A DNA stretch of 63,699 nt, counting the filler, from Olpidium bornovanus S191 (taxonomy: Eukaryota; Fungi; Olpidiomycota), in assembly GCA_017911155.1 (NCBI GenBank). It is 27 parts of 27 records of this genome, joined end to end, with 100 filler letters (N's around TTAATTAATTAA, not from the genome) between each part and the next. Parts side by side here need not be neighbours in the genome. Positions count along the whole stretch, not along the records: positions 34,797 to 38,405 come from JAEFCI010010749.1; positions 38,506 to 40,101 come from JAEFCI010006801.1; positions 40,202 to 43,592 come from JAEFCI010009664.1; positions 43,693 to 46,373 come from JAEFCI010007066.1; positions 46,474 to 48,203 come from JAEFCI010009183.1; 22 more parts are not named here. The stretch is one strand, 5' to 3'. Made by a program: the position numbers and the translations under genes. Shown here piece by piece: positions 36,142 to 48,203 of the stretch. The notes below the pieces were generated by a model. That model had not been told where the DNA came from and did no database searches. It saw only the letters and a list, made by a program, of their open reading frames with translations. Within the stretch, counting starts at the first letter, position 1. Each line of letters begins with the position of its first letter.

Positions 36142-36713
36142 GGCGGTTTCCGCCCTCCGCCCGGCTCCCGCCCCTCCCCCTCTGTCTCTCTTCCCCGCAG
36201 CGCGCACGCGCCTCCCGTCCCTCCTCCTCACTCACTCACTCACTCTCACTCACGCACTCGGCCGGCAGCCGATGCGGCGAGGGGAGCCGCGGGCGTTTGG
36301 CGCCGGCAAACGTGGCGCCCAAGGCCGCCGGCGAGAACCACCAGCGCGCAACACGCCGACCGACGGCGCGCGATCCCACGCCGGTTTGCGGGGTGCTCGC
36401 CCCCTCTTTCCGTTCCTCCTCGGCTGCTCCTCTTCCCGCGGCGCGCGAGACACGTGTCAACTCGCCGCCGCCGCCCCGCCACTCGTGTCGCTAGCCCCTC
36501 CCTTCGAACACGTCGCCGGTGCCGACCAGGGCCCCGACCGCCGATGACCTTTCTCGGCGGGTGACGGTCGAGCACCACGTCTTCTACACGTGTTAAACGG
36601 GCCTGGTTTTCGTGGAGTGCGGTGTTCGTTCGTTCCACGCCTGCGCTTGTTGCGTGTTTTTTTTTTTTTTTTTTTTTTTTTGCTTCCACCCATTGTGAGC
36701 ACTTTTTTGCTTC

Positions 36714-38060
36714 ATGCCGTTTGACAACAAGGAGGAGCTGCCCAGTGCCTCCAAGCCCAGCGGGAAGAGCGCGATTTTTTCAAACAACCTGCGCTTATTC
36801 ACCTCTGCCTTAGATGACCTTTCATCTTCATCCTCACCTACTCCCGCCCAGCAGTTACAGCCTCTCAATCATGATGAGTGCGCCAAATACCACCCGCTTC
36901 AAGAGGAATTTGAAGCAATGAAAGCGCAGATGGCTGCCCTCATGTGCCGCCAGGAACGAAGCGAACGAGCCGCACGAGCAACTCCAACTTTGCCTTCTGC
37001 TTCTGCTGTGGCCCCTGTCGTATCAGGCGCGCCAATTACTGCGCCCGATGCAGGCATCGCCGCTTCTGCTGTCAACGCCGTTCCTGCTTTCACCGCCGTT
37101 CCTGCTTTTAACCCTTCTCTCGCATTGGCTGATATTCCCAAGTTTGATGGGAAAGGCGGACCTTTACATCTACGCGCTTTCCTCCACAAACTTGATGCTT
37201 ACTTTTCCTACACCAAGACTCCGCCTGCTTTGCAATTGCTGCTCGCAGAGAACAAACTTGCAGGTTCTGCTGAAGCTTTGTGGTTTGCACACTTGGAGGC
37301 TGGACAAGATGGGTCATCGCAGTCCTTGAAAGATCTTTTGAAGCTTCACTTCGGCAGTGACCATGAGTCAATTGACACACACCGCAAGCTTCGCGCATTG
37401 CGTCAAACTGGTTCTGTTAAAACATATACGACACAATTTAACACGCTTGTCGCCCTTCTGGGCAACCCTCTCAGCCATTCTCCCTCGCTGCAGCAATCCC
37501 TGCTTCTGCAATACCTCGATAATCTCGCCGAACCGGTGCGCAAGGCCATCATTGTCGTTCCTGGTAATGTTGCTACCTTACATGCATGTCAAACCGCTGC
37601 GATTCAATACGAATCTTTTGCGACAGCCAACGCCCACAACAAGTCCACCATGCCTTCCTCCATGGCGTCTACGGCATCATCATCCTTTTCGGCTACACAT
37701 CAAGATTCTGAGTCACAGTCCAGATCCCGCAATACGGCGCGCTATAACCAGTGTCGACAGCGTGGTGGATCTCGCAGAGGATCCAGTGGCAGCGGTGGAC
37801 AACAACGTCAGCAGAACCGGAATTCACAACGCCAAACTAATCAGAGTCGACCTCGCAATCCTTGCAAATTTTGCTTATCTCTAGATCATTTTCCAAGCGA
37901 TTGTCAGTTGATTCCTGCAAGTTTGTGCGCCGCCACCGCCTGTAACCAGCAGCACCGTGACCAGCCCAGGACACCGCGTGCAACTACCGCTACAACTGAT
38001 GATACATCTCCTTCATCTTCACATGAGCTTGCAGCACACCTGTACTGCGGCATGGTTTAA
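36714..38060 (+). mobile_element. Intact Ty3/Gypsy-type gag ORF (448 aa) with CCHC zinc knuckle and no pol downstream
   Basis: Coiled coil, then IPKFDG...LRAFLHKLDAYF...LRALRQTGSVKTYTTQFNTL (retrotransposon Gag capsid pattern), an Arg/Gly/Gln-rich segment and CKFCLSLDHFPSDC (CX2CX4HX4C). Stop TAA at 38058-38060. Confidence 0.85.
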
Positions 38061-38064
38061 ACGT

Positions 38065-38247
38065 TGTATTCCTTTTCCTCGTCAGGTCTGAGCAAGGCGC
38101 TACAGGTAAGGTGACGAGGGCCGACGAGGGCAGTTAAAAGGGAGGTTGACTTTGTCTACAAAGTCGAGCTACGGAGCGGGAGGGGCGCTATTTATGCTCG
38201 CCGACGTCTAGCGGAGGGCAGGTCGACGGCAAAGCCGTTCTTCGACA
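38065..38247 (-). repeat. LTR-like segment (183 bp), tentative
   Basis: The minus strand starts TGTCGAAG and ends GGAATACA (TGT...ACA), with an internal CATAAATAG TATA-like box. I see no target-site duplication, PBS or PPT. Confidence 0.33.
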
Positions 38248-41200
38248 TCGCGTCCGTCGACGCGGTGCGTCCGGTCCCTTCCCGCGCAGTTACCACGCGG
38301 GACTCCGAGCTCTCGCACGCTTGCGTGCAGTGGGGCAGTCGGGGGGCAGTCCGAGGGGGGGGGATGGTTGGCGGGGGGTCCCGCGGGGGGGGCTGGGGGG
38401 GGGGGNNNNNNNNNNNNNNNNNNNNNNNNNNNNNNNNNNNNNNNNNNNNTTAATTAATTAANNNNNNNNNNNNNNNNNNNNNNNNNNNNNNNNNNNNNNN
38501 NNNNNCAGCTGGATCGCGTCGGAGAGGACGGGGAGAATAGGCTGCGTTGGCCGGTGCCAACGAAGCGCCCGTCGGCGTTGCGGCGGAACACGCGAGCGTT
38601 GAACGCCGCCTGTGAACTCGCCCATGGCGGCCTTCTACTCATTGTCGTCGGGGCGGAGAGCGCGCCTTCCTCCGCCGCCCCTCTTCCTTCTCGCGGCGTG
38701 GTTCTTTTTTTTTACTTTGGCGGGTAGCGGCCAAAATAGCTTGGTTGACCAACGACCGGACCGGCGTAAAGGAAAAAATATATTTATAAATCATAGATAT
38801 ATTATTTATACAATAAAGAACGAAAGAAACTCAACCGTCGACATTTGGTCGCACTGTACTGATGGCGGGAGCGCGGTGCTTGCGCGCGCTCGCGAACCGC
38901 CCGCCCGCTCCTTCCCCGGGCAGCGTGCGACAGATAGCGGTTCCAACCCGCTAGGCCGCACGTGGGCGCGTGAGGGCGGAACGCTGCAAAACGAGAGTGC
39001 GGCGTTTGTCTGTGTGGGCCGCGCGCTTTTTTCATTTGCGGAACGGGCGGGGTGGGGTGCGCGGGTGCCGGAGGGGAGGGATCGGAGAGGTCGAAACTTC
39101 GGCAATTGTTCCGCAGGTCGTTTTATCGGGGCGAGTCTGACGCGGGACCAGGAGGTGACGAACCTTCCGCGCCGCTACCGCGGCTCGTTCGCGGTGCCTC
39201 GGATGCAGACGGCAACGTTCGGCGATTGGGGGCCGGTACTCCGAAAGACAAGGGCGCGAGCAGCGCGATTGATTGCACGTGAAGGGCGCCAAGAAGGCAA
39301 TGTAGCGGAAGGAGTCGCGTGGCGGCTCCTCCAATGAGGAAAAACCACACCCGAGAAAGTCCCTCCCAGGCGCGGCGCGAGGGGAAGCTGGTTTTCCAAA
39401 TTTGCCCGAATTCTCAGAAAAATTTTCCGACGGCCAATACCTTTTGCAGTAATCAATGAATCAATAACAATATTAATAATATAAGTAGTCTATATGTTGG
39501 ATTTCAGCGAAGAGAAACGCGCCGTTGCCGTAAAACCTAAAACGCGACGTGGAATGCATTGCTTACATTTCATACGCATAGAGCCCACGAGTAACTGTGT
39601 ACTGAATACATTTCTGTGTGCTGGACTCCAACCTCCGCGCCAACGTTGGGAATGCAGACATGGGGAGCTTGCGCCACGCCCTCTCAAATTCACTTCTGTG
39701 CTGCCTCTTTAATTTAGCTCGACGGTTACAATGAATTGGCTACGGAATTTCCCGCTTCCGTGCGCCGAAGCCTCGATCAAGGCGCCACCCTGTCGCACCG
39801 TGCCGCGAGGCGCCTTTGCTGGAAGCGCTATCGCGACAAACCACCGGCTGAAGCTTGCCCATTCCTGCCCAGGGGGCAGAACGGGAAAGCTTCCACAGTT
39901 GACCCCAGGATTTGCACACGGTTCACTCCATATACGCCCTTTGCAACTAATCTGTTTTAGGGTCGGCCGCGGTCCCAATTCATGCCTAGGTTAGAATTCA
40001 GCACGCCCTCGCAGCCCAGGTTCGAAACTTTTTTGTAGAAATTGCAAAATGCGCCAGGCGGGGCGAAAAAACAACGAGTGCACCCGCCCAAAAACAATGC
40101 CNNNNNNNNNNNNNNNNNNNNNNNNNNNNNNNNNNNNNNNNNNNNTTAATTAATTAANNNNNNNNNNNNNNNNNNNNNNNNNNNNNNNNNNNNNNNNNNN
40201 NAGGAATGCGGCACACCCTTACCACCCAGAACGTATGAGGCGAGTACAGCGAGAGAAGGCAAAATCTCGTCACGTATGGTTCACAAGTTGACGTGCAAAG
40301 TTAAAACGGGCCAACCCCGTCGAAAAACTCCGGGGGTTGGTCACTTTGCAGGTGATTTCGGATGCCGTGTTGGACGACCCAGACGGCCGAAATGAGCATT
40401 GATCAGCATCGACGACCGCGGTCCGAGCGGCCACCGTTCGGCCCGGTAAAACCACAGCTGGCTGCACTTTTTTTTCCCCCTCCTTTCTCGCCGCGTGGGA
40501 GTTCTTTCGCCATTCCCCATAGCCACGGTGCGTGTGTCCGAAAGGGCATTTGCTTGCGAACCGGGAGTCGCGGCGTCGGCCGTGGCCCCTGGGGAAGATT
40601 TCGCATCGGAATCGGATTGAACGGGGCAGAAAGCGGGAAATCAGCGCGCACAGGAAAGTCGCGGGCAAATGGTTTGCCTTTTATGACCTGGATAAATACT
40701 GAAAACACGTTGTCGAGTGATATACGCACGCCAAGTTTTACAAGGAATCTTCCACCGGGGGGGTTTTTTTTTGTTTGGCGGCAAAATCTGGCGGGAGGTA
40801 TGGGGGGGGGGACCACGGTGGGCAGCACCTGTTACAGCAAACCCCTGTTCCGGAAAATTTCTGCCCAACTCGCCGAGAACGAAAGCGAACGGTTCTCAGA
40901 AGTGCAACCCCGCTTTCGCGGGAAACGACGGTAAGCCCGCGCTTTGCCACTGCGCAAATGACGCATGATTTTTTACCAGAGAAACAGTTGTTTTGTTTCT
41001 GTCCGCTCGCGATTGGCCAGTGCGTACCCGATATTCAAATAATAATGTTCTCGTTTCACTTGGTCACGCCGAAGTCCCCTGACGCGAAATATACTCCTGC
41101 GAATATAAGCGGTAAACACCTTCAAACCCCCTCCCCCACTCCCCCCCGCACGCGGACCCTTTAAAACGCAGATCGGCGACACTACCGGAAAGGGTTTGCA

Positions 41201-41344
41201 GAGCAGCAAGTGATCGACACCACGTAAAAGCATGATCCTCACTCTAACGTGATAGCTCATAAAGCGATTAGAAAGACCCGGCTCTCTCAGCCAAGATTAA
41301 TAAAAACCTGTGTAAGCTTCTATAATGCAAAAGAGAACCACACA

Positions 41345-42733
41345 TCAGATCACCTGCACCTGATGATCTTCTACACGGACGCGCGGGTCCTTCCGAAGCA
41401 GGTTGGCCACGTCCAAGTGCCCCGCCTCTATCGCCCACTTGTAAGCCTCGTTTTGGTTGTCGGCGGGGTCGACCCGCTTGTCTATGATTAACCGTTTGAC
41501 GACGTCCAGGCGGCCGTTCGCGCTCGCCCACCGGATGGCGAAGTTGGCGTTGTCGCCCGGGTGGAGGCGCGGGTCGGCCAGCAGGACATCGACGACGGCG
41601 GCGTGGCCGTTCCCGGCGGCGTCGTGCAGGGCGTACGCGGCGACCAAGCGGCCGAGGGGGCTGGTAATGTCCAGCCTAGGGTCGCGGAGGACGGCCTGGA
41701 CGACGCCGGTGTGACCGTTAGAGCAGGCCTCGCGCAGGCAGTAGTTGGCGTCGACAGAGGGGTTCACCCGACGGTCGCGGAGAAGGATGCGGACAACGTC
41801 CGTGTGGCCGTTCTCGCACGCGAACTGGATGGCCAGGTTCATATTGTTTGGGGCGGCGGGGTTCGTCCGCGGATGCCGCAGCAGGAGCTCGACGACGGCA
41901 GCGTGCCCGTTGGCGGAGGCGGCGCGGATTGCGTGGTTGTGGTTCGCGCCGGGGTCCACTGCCTGGTGCCTGAGCAGGAGCGCGACGACCGCGGCGTGGC
42001 CGTTCTCGCTAGCCCGCTGGATGGCGAAATTGCTGTCCTTGGACCTGTGCGGCCGGCCCGACAAATCTGCGGGTGCGCCTGCGGCGGCCCGCGCGGGACG
42101 ATCTGTCCCGGCGGTAGGGTCGACCCTGGGGTCGCACAGAAGGATCTCGACAACCCGGGCGTGGCCGTGGGTGGCAGCGCTGCGCAGGGCGCGGTTGCTC
42201 TTGGCGGCGGGGTCCACCTGGGGTTCCCGGAGGAGGGCCTGGACGTAGCTGGCGAAGCCCATCTTGCAGACGAAGGCCAGGGCGTCGTTCTTGGCGACGG
42301 GGTGCCTTACCAGCCTCATCCTCAGCATGGTGACCACGATCACGACCTGGGCGTCCTGGTTCCGGCGGTGGTGGTCCATGACGGCCTTGATGAGGTCCTG
42401 CGGCGCGGTCCGGCGCACGTACCACTTGCTCAACGTCGCGCACACGCACGAGCCGGGCTGCTTGATCTTGCCGACGTCGACGACGGCGGCGGCGGCCCTG
42501 CAGGTGCGCATGAAGCTGGAGAGGTCCTTGCGGGCGGTCAGGCAGACGGCGATCTTCTGCAGGATGGAGGGCGGAAGGCGCTCGAAGAGGCTGGCGGGGG
42601 TGCCGTTCAGCGGCATGTCTGCGTGGGGCGGAGGGGACGGATGGCAAAGAGAGCCTCCGCCCGGCGAAAAGGGGCCCGGGGAGTCCGGGAGGGGGAAAGC
42701 GTTTGGCAGTTCGCAGGGCGTAATCATCATCAT
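41345..42733 (-). CDS. Intronless F-box-like plus ankyrin-repeat protein (about 9 repeats)
   Basis: SLFERLPPSILQKIAVCLTARKDLSSFMRTCR (F-box-like) is followed by about 34-aa repeats of the type N.AIR.AS.NGH..VV.LLL.DPRVDP. The ATG is at 42733 or 42616; the longer ORF-track N-terminus is poly-C read-through. Confidence 0.9.
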   Translation of the reverse strand: MMMITPCELPNAFPLPDSPGPFSPGGGSLCHPSPPPHADMPLNGTPASLFERLPPSILQKIAVCLTARKDLSSFMRTCRAAAAVVDVGKIKQPGSCVCATLSKWYVRRTAPQDLIKAVMDHHRRNQDAQVVIVVTMLRMRLVRHPVAKNDALAFVCKMGFASYVQALLREPQVDPAAKSNRALRSAATHGHARVVEILLCDPRVDPTAGTDRPARAAAGAPADLSGRPHRSKDSNFAIQRASENGHAAVVALLLRHQAVDPGANHNHAIRAASANGHAAVVELLLRHPRTNPAAPNNMNLAIQFACENGHTDVVRILLRDRRVNPSVDANYCLREACSNGHTGVVQAVLRDPRLDITSPLGRLVAAYALHDAAGNGHAAVVDVLLADPRLHPGDNANFAIRWASANGRLDVVKRLIIDKRVDPADNQNEAYKWAIEAGHLDVANLLRKDPRVRVEDHQVQVI

Positions 42734-42866
42734 AAACAGCCGGCGGGAGCAGGAAAGAAGCAAGCACGGGCCGCGCGGGGAGCGGGGGAAGGGGACAGGG
42801 CCGAGCGGCAGGTTCTCGTCGGAGGGGAGGGGAGGGGACGGGGAGTGGGGGGGGGGGGGGGGGGGG

Positions 42867-42946
<80 letters not shown>

Positions 42947-45900
42947 CGCGAGAAGAGGGAGGGGAAAAAAGAGGCGGGTGTCATATAAAATACATGGCAC
43001 GCAACAAAAAACAGCAGCCGGCAACGCATGCGCATGAGCCAAACGGTGGGGTTGGAAGGGGGGGGGGGGGGTTTCGCCCTCGCGGACGGAAAAAAAAGAA
43101 AACGAAATTCTCCGTGCGGGAAGGAGGGGGGGGGGGACGCCCATGTGGGCCGCGCGCGAAATTTGATGTTTTTCCTCAGGAAAAAAAAAAAAAAAAAAAA
43201 ATTAATTGAACGAACACGCCCCTCCCCACGTCCCGGCCCCCGTCAAACCCACCCCCACACCCAACCCCGCCCCGCGCCCGGTTGCATCTGGCCGTCACGT
43301 GCCGCAGTGCATTTTGACGTGGGGGTGGGGGGGGGGGGGAAAGCCGGGAAACTGTATCGTCACGAGGCAAACCCCCCCCCCCCCCCCCCCCCCCCGCGGA
43401 GCGCGCTCTCTCTCTTCTTTTCTTTTTGCTGCTGGAGTTCGCAGTAATAAAGACGACACCGAGACAAATGGCATGTTAAGCGCTAATCGTCGTTTCGCCC
43501 GTTGATTGCGCCCGTCTGTCCCTACCGCGGGGCAATGAACTCGCAGTACTTGCACGCGGCGTGAGGGAGGAAGGGAGGGGGAAGTTTTGTGGNNNNNNNN
43601 NNNNNNNNNNNNNNNNNNNNNNNNNNNNNNNNNNNNTTAATTAATTAANNNNNNNNNNNNNNNNNNNNNNNNNNNNNNNNNNNNNNNNNNNNGAGTGCGC
43701 AGAGGAGCGATAGCTACTCGCGCCCGCCCACGGGGGCCGAGCACCGCAGTGGAAGCTACGCGCCGCCCCCCCCCCCCCCCCCCCCCCCCCCCCCGAGTCT
43801 TTCAGAAAGGTTCGTCGCGTGGGGCCTAGCTGACCGGTCAATCGCACCCGGCAATCAGCGCATAATTCGAGGCCCAGGAGTGTTGCTGCAGGAGGCAGGT
43901 GGGGTAACGTAGGTTATTTTGCATCTAAGTGAGCTGGTTGCGCTCACGTAGTCATTAAAATTATTCCGGAATTGCGGCTTGCGGGGTTTTCGGTGAGAAA
44001 GTATGGCACCGTAAGATGTGACCGACGGTCCGTAAACCAGTTGATATTCCACGCACCATTGAACTCAGTATGTGAATGGGGCCTACAAAGCTCTGAGTAT
44101 GCAGAAGGGCACGGACCGATCACTAACATTTTGTACAATGGAGCAACAGTGCGTTAATGTGCCGCTCAAATTGGCGTCGCCCGGAAATACGAACAAAATT
44201 GCCAAACTGTTTCTGCTCAACAAAAGGACCCGGGTGTGGATGCCAGAGAGGATTTCCTTCTGGATTCAATAATAATCAAGGGCATTCTTCCAGTTACAAG
44301 TCTGGCCGTTCTTGTAGCAGGGCTCGTTATTGACGGCACGCCGCCGGTGTTGCCTGGTTGACAATGATCGGGAACGAACGAACTGTGTCTCTTGATGTGG
44401 AGCAAGCGTGTTACACGCGAAGAGTTCGGGAGTTTTGAGGTTTGTGTGGATCTAGAATCGTGAGGTTCGACGGCCTATATACGCGCACGGCGGCGGGGGG
44501 GGCGCCGGCGTGTCTCGACGGCTCATGATCGCCCGTGCCGTGAACTGAGTGCGTAATTACAACTTTTTCGACGATGTCGGAGGATTTTTTTTGGTTTTGC
44601 TGTCAGGCGCATGCGCGTCTTGAGCTAAAGGGGGCGACTTTCTAGAGCGTGCGGCCCACAAGCGGCGGCGGCGGCAAAGAAAGTGGGGGCGGCGGCACCG
44701 ACGGGTTCAGCGCCGGTGGCGGAGCGAAGATGTCCGGCAGGCTGGGGCTGGTGAGATGTGGTTTGCGGCTCTTGTTCAACGGCGCCTCCGTACGGCAGCC
44801 TCGCTTAAAACAGGGTCGCAAGGTCTGACCGCGTGACCCGTAGAGCACACGGTACGGTTCACGATAGGGCACCCTACTTTCCTGTTTTCTCTCTTAAAAT
44901 GTGTGTACTTTTGGGGGGGTTTTTGTTTTTCCCGCGGGGACGCTTGCGGTTTGCCGGTTCACGGGATTTGATAAGTTCGCGGGATCAGCCAGACTCGCGG
45001 GGTCTGCTTCACCGGAACGATAAACAAAAGAAAAATAAAAAAAGGGGGGGGGGGGGGGACGCCGAACGCCTGAAAGGAATGAAATAAGGTTTGCCTGCCG
45101 TCAGCGGCAGCGGTGATTCCATCAGCCGCGCTCCGGTGATTCTGCCACGTCGTTTTATCAGCCAGCCAAAGCGGGGTGAAATGTCCGCCAGCGCCAAGAA
45201 AAGAACAGCATTCCATCGGTCTTATCGTTAATAATTCCATCGGCCGCGCATGATTAAAACGATGGTTCCGGCAGTCGTGGTATAAGCGATCAATGCCTCT
45301 ATCGGGCATGTAATATCCCGTTGGTCATGAATCAGTGATTCCATTCATCTTACCACCAATGATTCCACCAGTCATGCCATCGATGCTTCCGGCACACCGG
45401 TGCAGTGGTGACTCTTCAATGACTGCGCTGATCAAACACAATTCCATTGATGATTTCATCGTTCGCGCCATAGCTCATCAACGCTTTCCGCGGGCATATC
45501 ACTGACGAATCGTTCTGTTCACACCATCTATAGAATCAACTATGCTGAAGGTCGCGCCATTTCTCACCCATACAAACGCCTACCAGATCAAATAGCTTCG
45601 TGTCAAACTCTCGAGCAGCGAACAAATAAGAAGCCAAAAAAACCCCTTCCCCCCGCTTCGCTCCGCTACAACCAACGGTCAGAAAAAGAAAAAGTACAAC
45701 TTTCTGACAAATGGCTTCACTTTTTTCCGGTTTAGAGCCTCAGGTGCAACCGCCGTGCTATGTCTTGAGGGAATTTGTAAGCAAAATTGGGATGGCCTTT
45801 AGGATTCCTGCGCTCTCGAGGCGGAGACGAGCTTGCCCAAGTTGCGTACACCGCAGGGTGCGCCGTACTGTCTCGTGCAGTCAAACTTGCAACTTTACAG

Positions 45901-46293
45901 AAAAAAAAACCAAAAAAACAAACCTGAAGAACGCGCATCGCACGCATCTTCCCCCCCCCCAACCATCCCCTCCGCATTGCAAACGCAAACAAACCAAAAC
46001 AAAGGAAGAACGCACTTCGCCTCTCTCCGTTGTTAGTCTCGCGCTTTGCTTCCTGGCTCGAGCCTCTACTTCTGTAGCACTTCGGTTCACGAAGAATCGG
46101 TTTCTACTCGGGCATGAGCAAGTCAGAGCCCCTGAATGTTGAAGCGCGAAATCTTAACGAACAGCGGGCAAACTTTCCGACAGAAGCGGGGGGGGGGTGG
46201 GCAAAATCGCCCCGCGGTGTCACGTGACAGGCTCCGCGGGGGATGACGCCACAACCTGCAAAGGCCTCCGATCTCCGAGCCGGGGAAAGGAGG

Positions 46294-46343
<50 letters not shown>

Positions 46344-46473
46344 AGAGAAAAAAAAAAAAAAAAAAAAAAAAAANNNNNNNNNNNNNNNNNNNNNNNNNNN
46401 NNNNNNNNNNNNNNNNNTTAATTAATTAANNNNNNNNNNNNNNNNNNNNNNNNNNNNNNNNNNNNNNNNNNNN

Positions 46474-47401
46474 CATGTTGACTCCAAAAGCATCCGCGCA
46501 CGCAGGTTTGCGTACCAGTTCGGGAATCAATGCATCTCTGGTTTTGGCCATAGCTTTCGCGTACTGTTCGGCGGCTGCCGTTGCAGGTGGCGAAGATAAA
46601 CCGGCGGACGAATTCCCCGGCAGCTGCTTTTCCGAGGCCTGAAATTTGCCAGGTGTGTCGGGCTTGCTCGAGTCGAGGCCACCCGAAGATCCCCCGCGGT
46701 AGATGTCGCAGAGAATGTCTCCAAAAGCGACCTGGTGATTCAACAGGCCTGTTTCATTATGGTGAGCGAAGCACGACCCGATACGAATTGGTTGGCAGCA
46801 AATAAGAAGCTTGGAAACGTCTTGACAACCGATCGTTCCCACGCAACAAGGCCATACGACAAACTGGCTTCAACCGCGTATATCAGATCAAATCTGCTTT
46901 GCGCGCCGCGGTTACGCACCGGACATCGCGTCCCGATATTTGCGGGCATCGTGGTAGAGCTTTTCTGTACACGACTCGAGCTCATTAAACTTCGCTTCCA
47001 GCACGTACATCTCCTGGTCCACGGTCTCTAGCAGCAGCAGCAGCAGCAGCGGACGCGCATGGCGGTGAGGTTTGACAAAAAACAAATCGTGTGGGAGTCG
47101 CAGAATTCTGACTGCTCTCTTCGCAAAAACAAGATAGCACCTTCCGAATACCCCGCCTTTGACATAACCCTCTGCGGAAGGCGCTCCACCGCCTTCTTTA
47201 AACCTTTCCTAGAATGAAGCACCGAAGGTGTCCGCGTAAGAAAAGCAAAGCCTGAGCCCTTTGCAGCACCGCGCTCCCTCCTCTCGCTTGCAACCAACGA
47301 GCAATTCTCCTCAAGCCTATCCCCGCCCTTCCCCGGTCCAGCCAAGAGGCAGGGTTTCCCCGCCGCGCGCGCGTCATCCGGCACACAGCTCACCAACTCA
47401 T
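46474..47401 (-). CDS. RVS167: N-BAR protein Rvs167/amphiphysin, N-terminal part
   Basis: An 8-nt first exon ATGAGTTG|GTGAGC gives MSWKGLKKAVERLPQRVMSKAGYSE | ETVDQEMYVLEAKFNELESCTEKLYHDARKYRDAMS | ..LLNHQVAFGDILCDIY...AEQYAKAMAKTRDALIPEL, paralleling Rvs167 (MSFKGFTKAVSRAPQ...MLTHQIGF). Confidence 0.85.
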
Positions 47402-47869
47402 TTTTCTGTTTTCGCGTGTCGCGCTCCAGCCCTGTGTCTCTCAGAATTGTTGCGTCGCCTCTCACCCGGGCGTTCGTTCCCGCGGCGGTTATGTCGTGTC
47501 GATCCGGCGCCGAGCCGTCCCTTCCTACTGTTTCCCGCCGAATCTCCGGTCCGCCCGTCCGCTCCTGCACCGCTGCATAAAAAGCGGGGGCACAGGAGGG
47601 CAGAGCACGCACAGGTCAGTATGTTAGAAACCGCAGGAGGCGCGTGCGGGAAGAGGGGAAGGTCACGCACCCTGAGATCCTCGGGACGGCCAGCGCGAGC
47701 CGCGGGGAGAGGAGGTGGGCGGTGGGGGGCGACGGAGGGAGGGCGAAAGGAGGAACGGGCGAAGGCTGGAAGGCGAGCGAGGAGAAGCTTTCGAGCGAAC
47801 TGCCACCGCCCTCCCACGTGCTGGGCCCCCGCTTGCGGGGAGAACAAAAAAAAAAAAAAAAAGTCCTTG

Positions 47870-48203
47870 TCGCGGATGGGGTTTGAGCTTTCGCTGGAAA
47901 AATTTTGATGAATTGCGCCTGATGATAATGCCAGGTGTCGACTCCGACGAGACGTGCGCTCCTGTCCTTTCTCTCCCAGGTCTCCGCCCTCCTGTGGGGG
48001 TTGCCACGTTGCAGCACCTGTACCTCATGCAAAGCAACTACTGCAACGCGTACTTGAGTAACAGTTTTCGCAACCGCGTCTTCATGCATCAAATTGTCAG
48101 ATACCCAGGTCTCGACCGTCCAGACACCATCCCCGAGATGGACGAGGCCCTCTGCGGCTTCTATCAAAATGCATTCCAATGGCAAGACGCCATCGATCAC
48201 TAC
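47870..48203 (+). CDS. Hypothetical protein fragment, divergent from RVS167
   Basis: Two probable exons, GWGLSFRWKNFDELRLMIMP | GLRPPVGVATLQHLYLMQSNYCNAYLSNSFRNRVFMHQIVRYPGLDRPDTIPEMDEALCGFYQNAFQWQDAIDHY, open to the contig end. Composition looks globular; family not recognised. Confidence 0.5.

Noticed and set aside
39960-40040. Possible tRNA or Pol III gene (GGTTCGAAAC followed by TTTTTT)
   Set aside because: I could not fold a cloverleaf or find an acceptor stem. tRNAscan-SE or Infernal would settle it.
41561-42988. Long antisense or alternative-frame ORFs (also 26462-27403, 55475-57013, 32875-33570, 9019-9484, 19641-20237)
   Set aside because: These are shadow ORFs of GC-rich real genes; stop scarcity and homopolymer read-through explain their length.
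43850-44460. Possible degenerate TE or gene in a lower-GC segment
   Set aside because: No motif recognisable in any frame, so no call is supportable.
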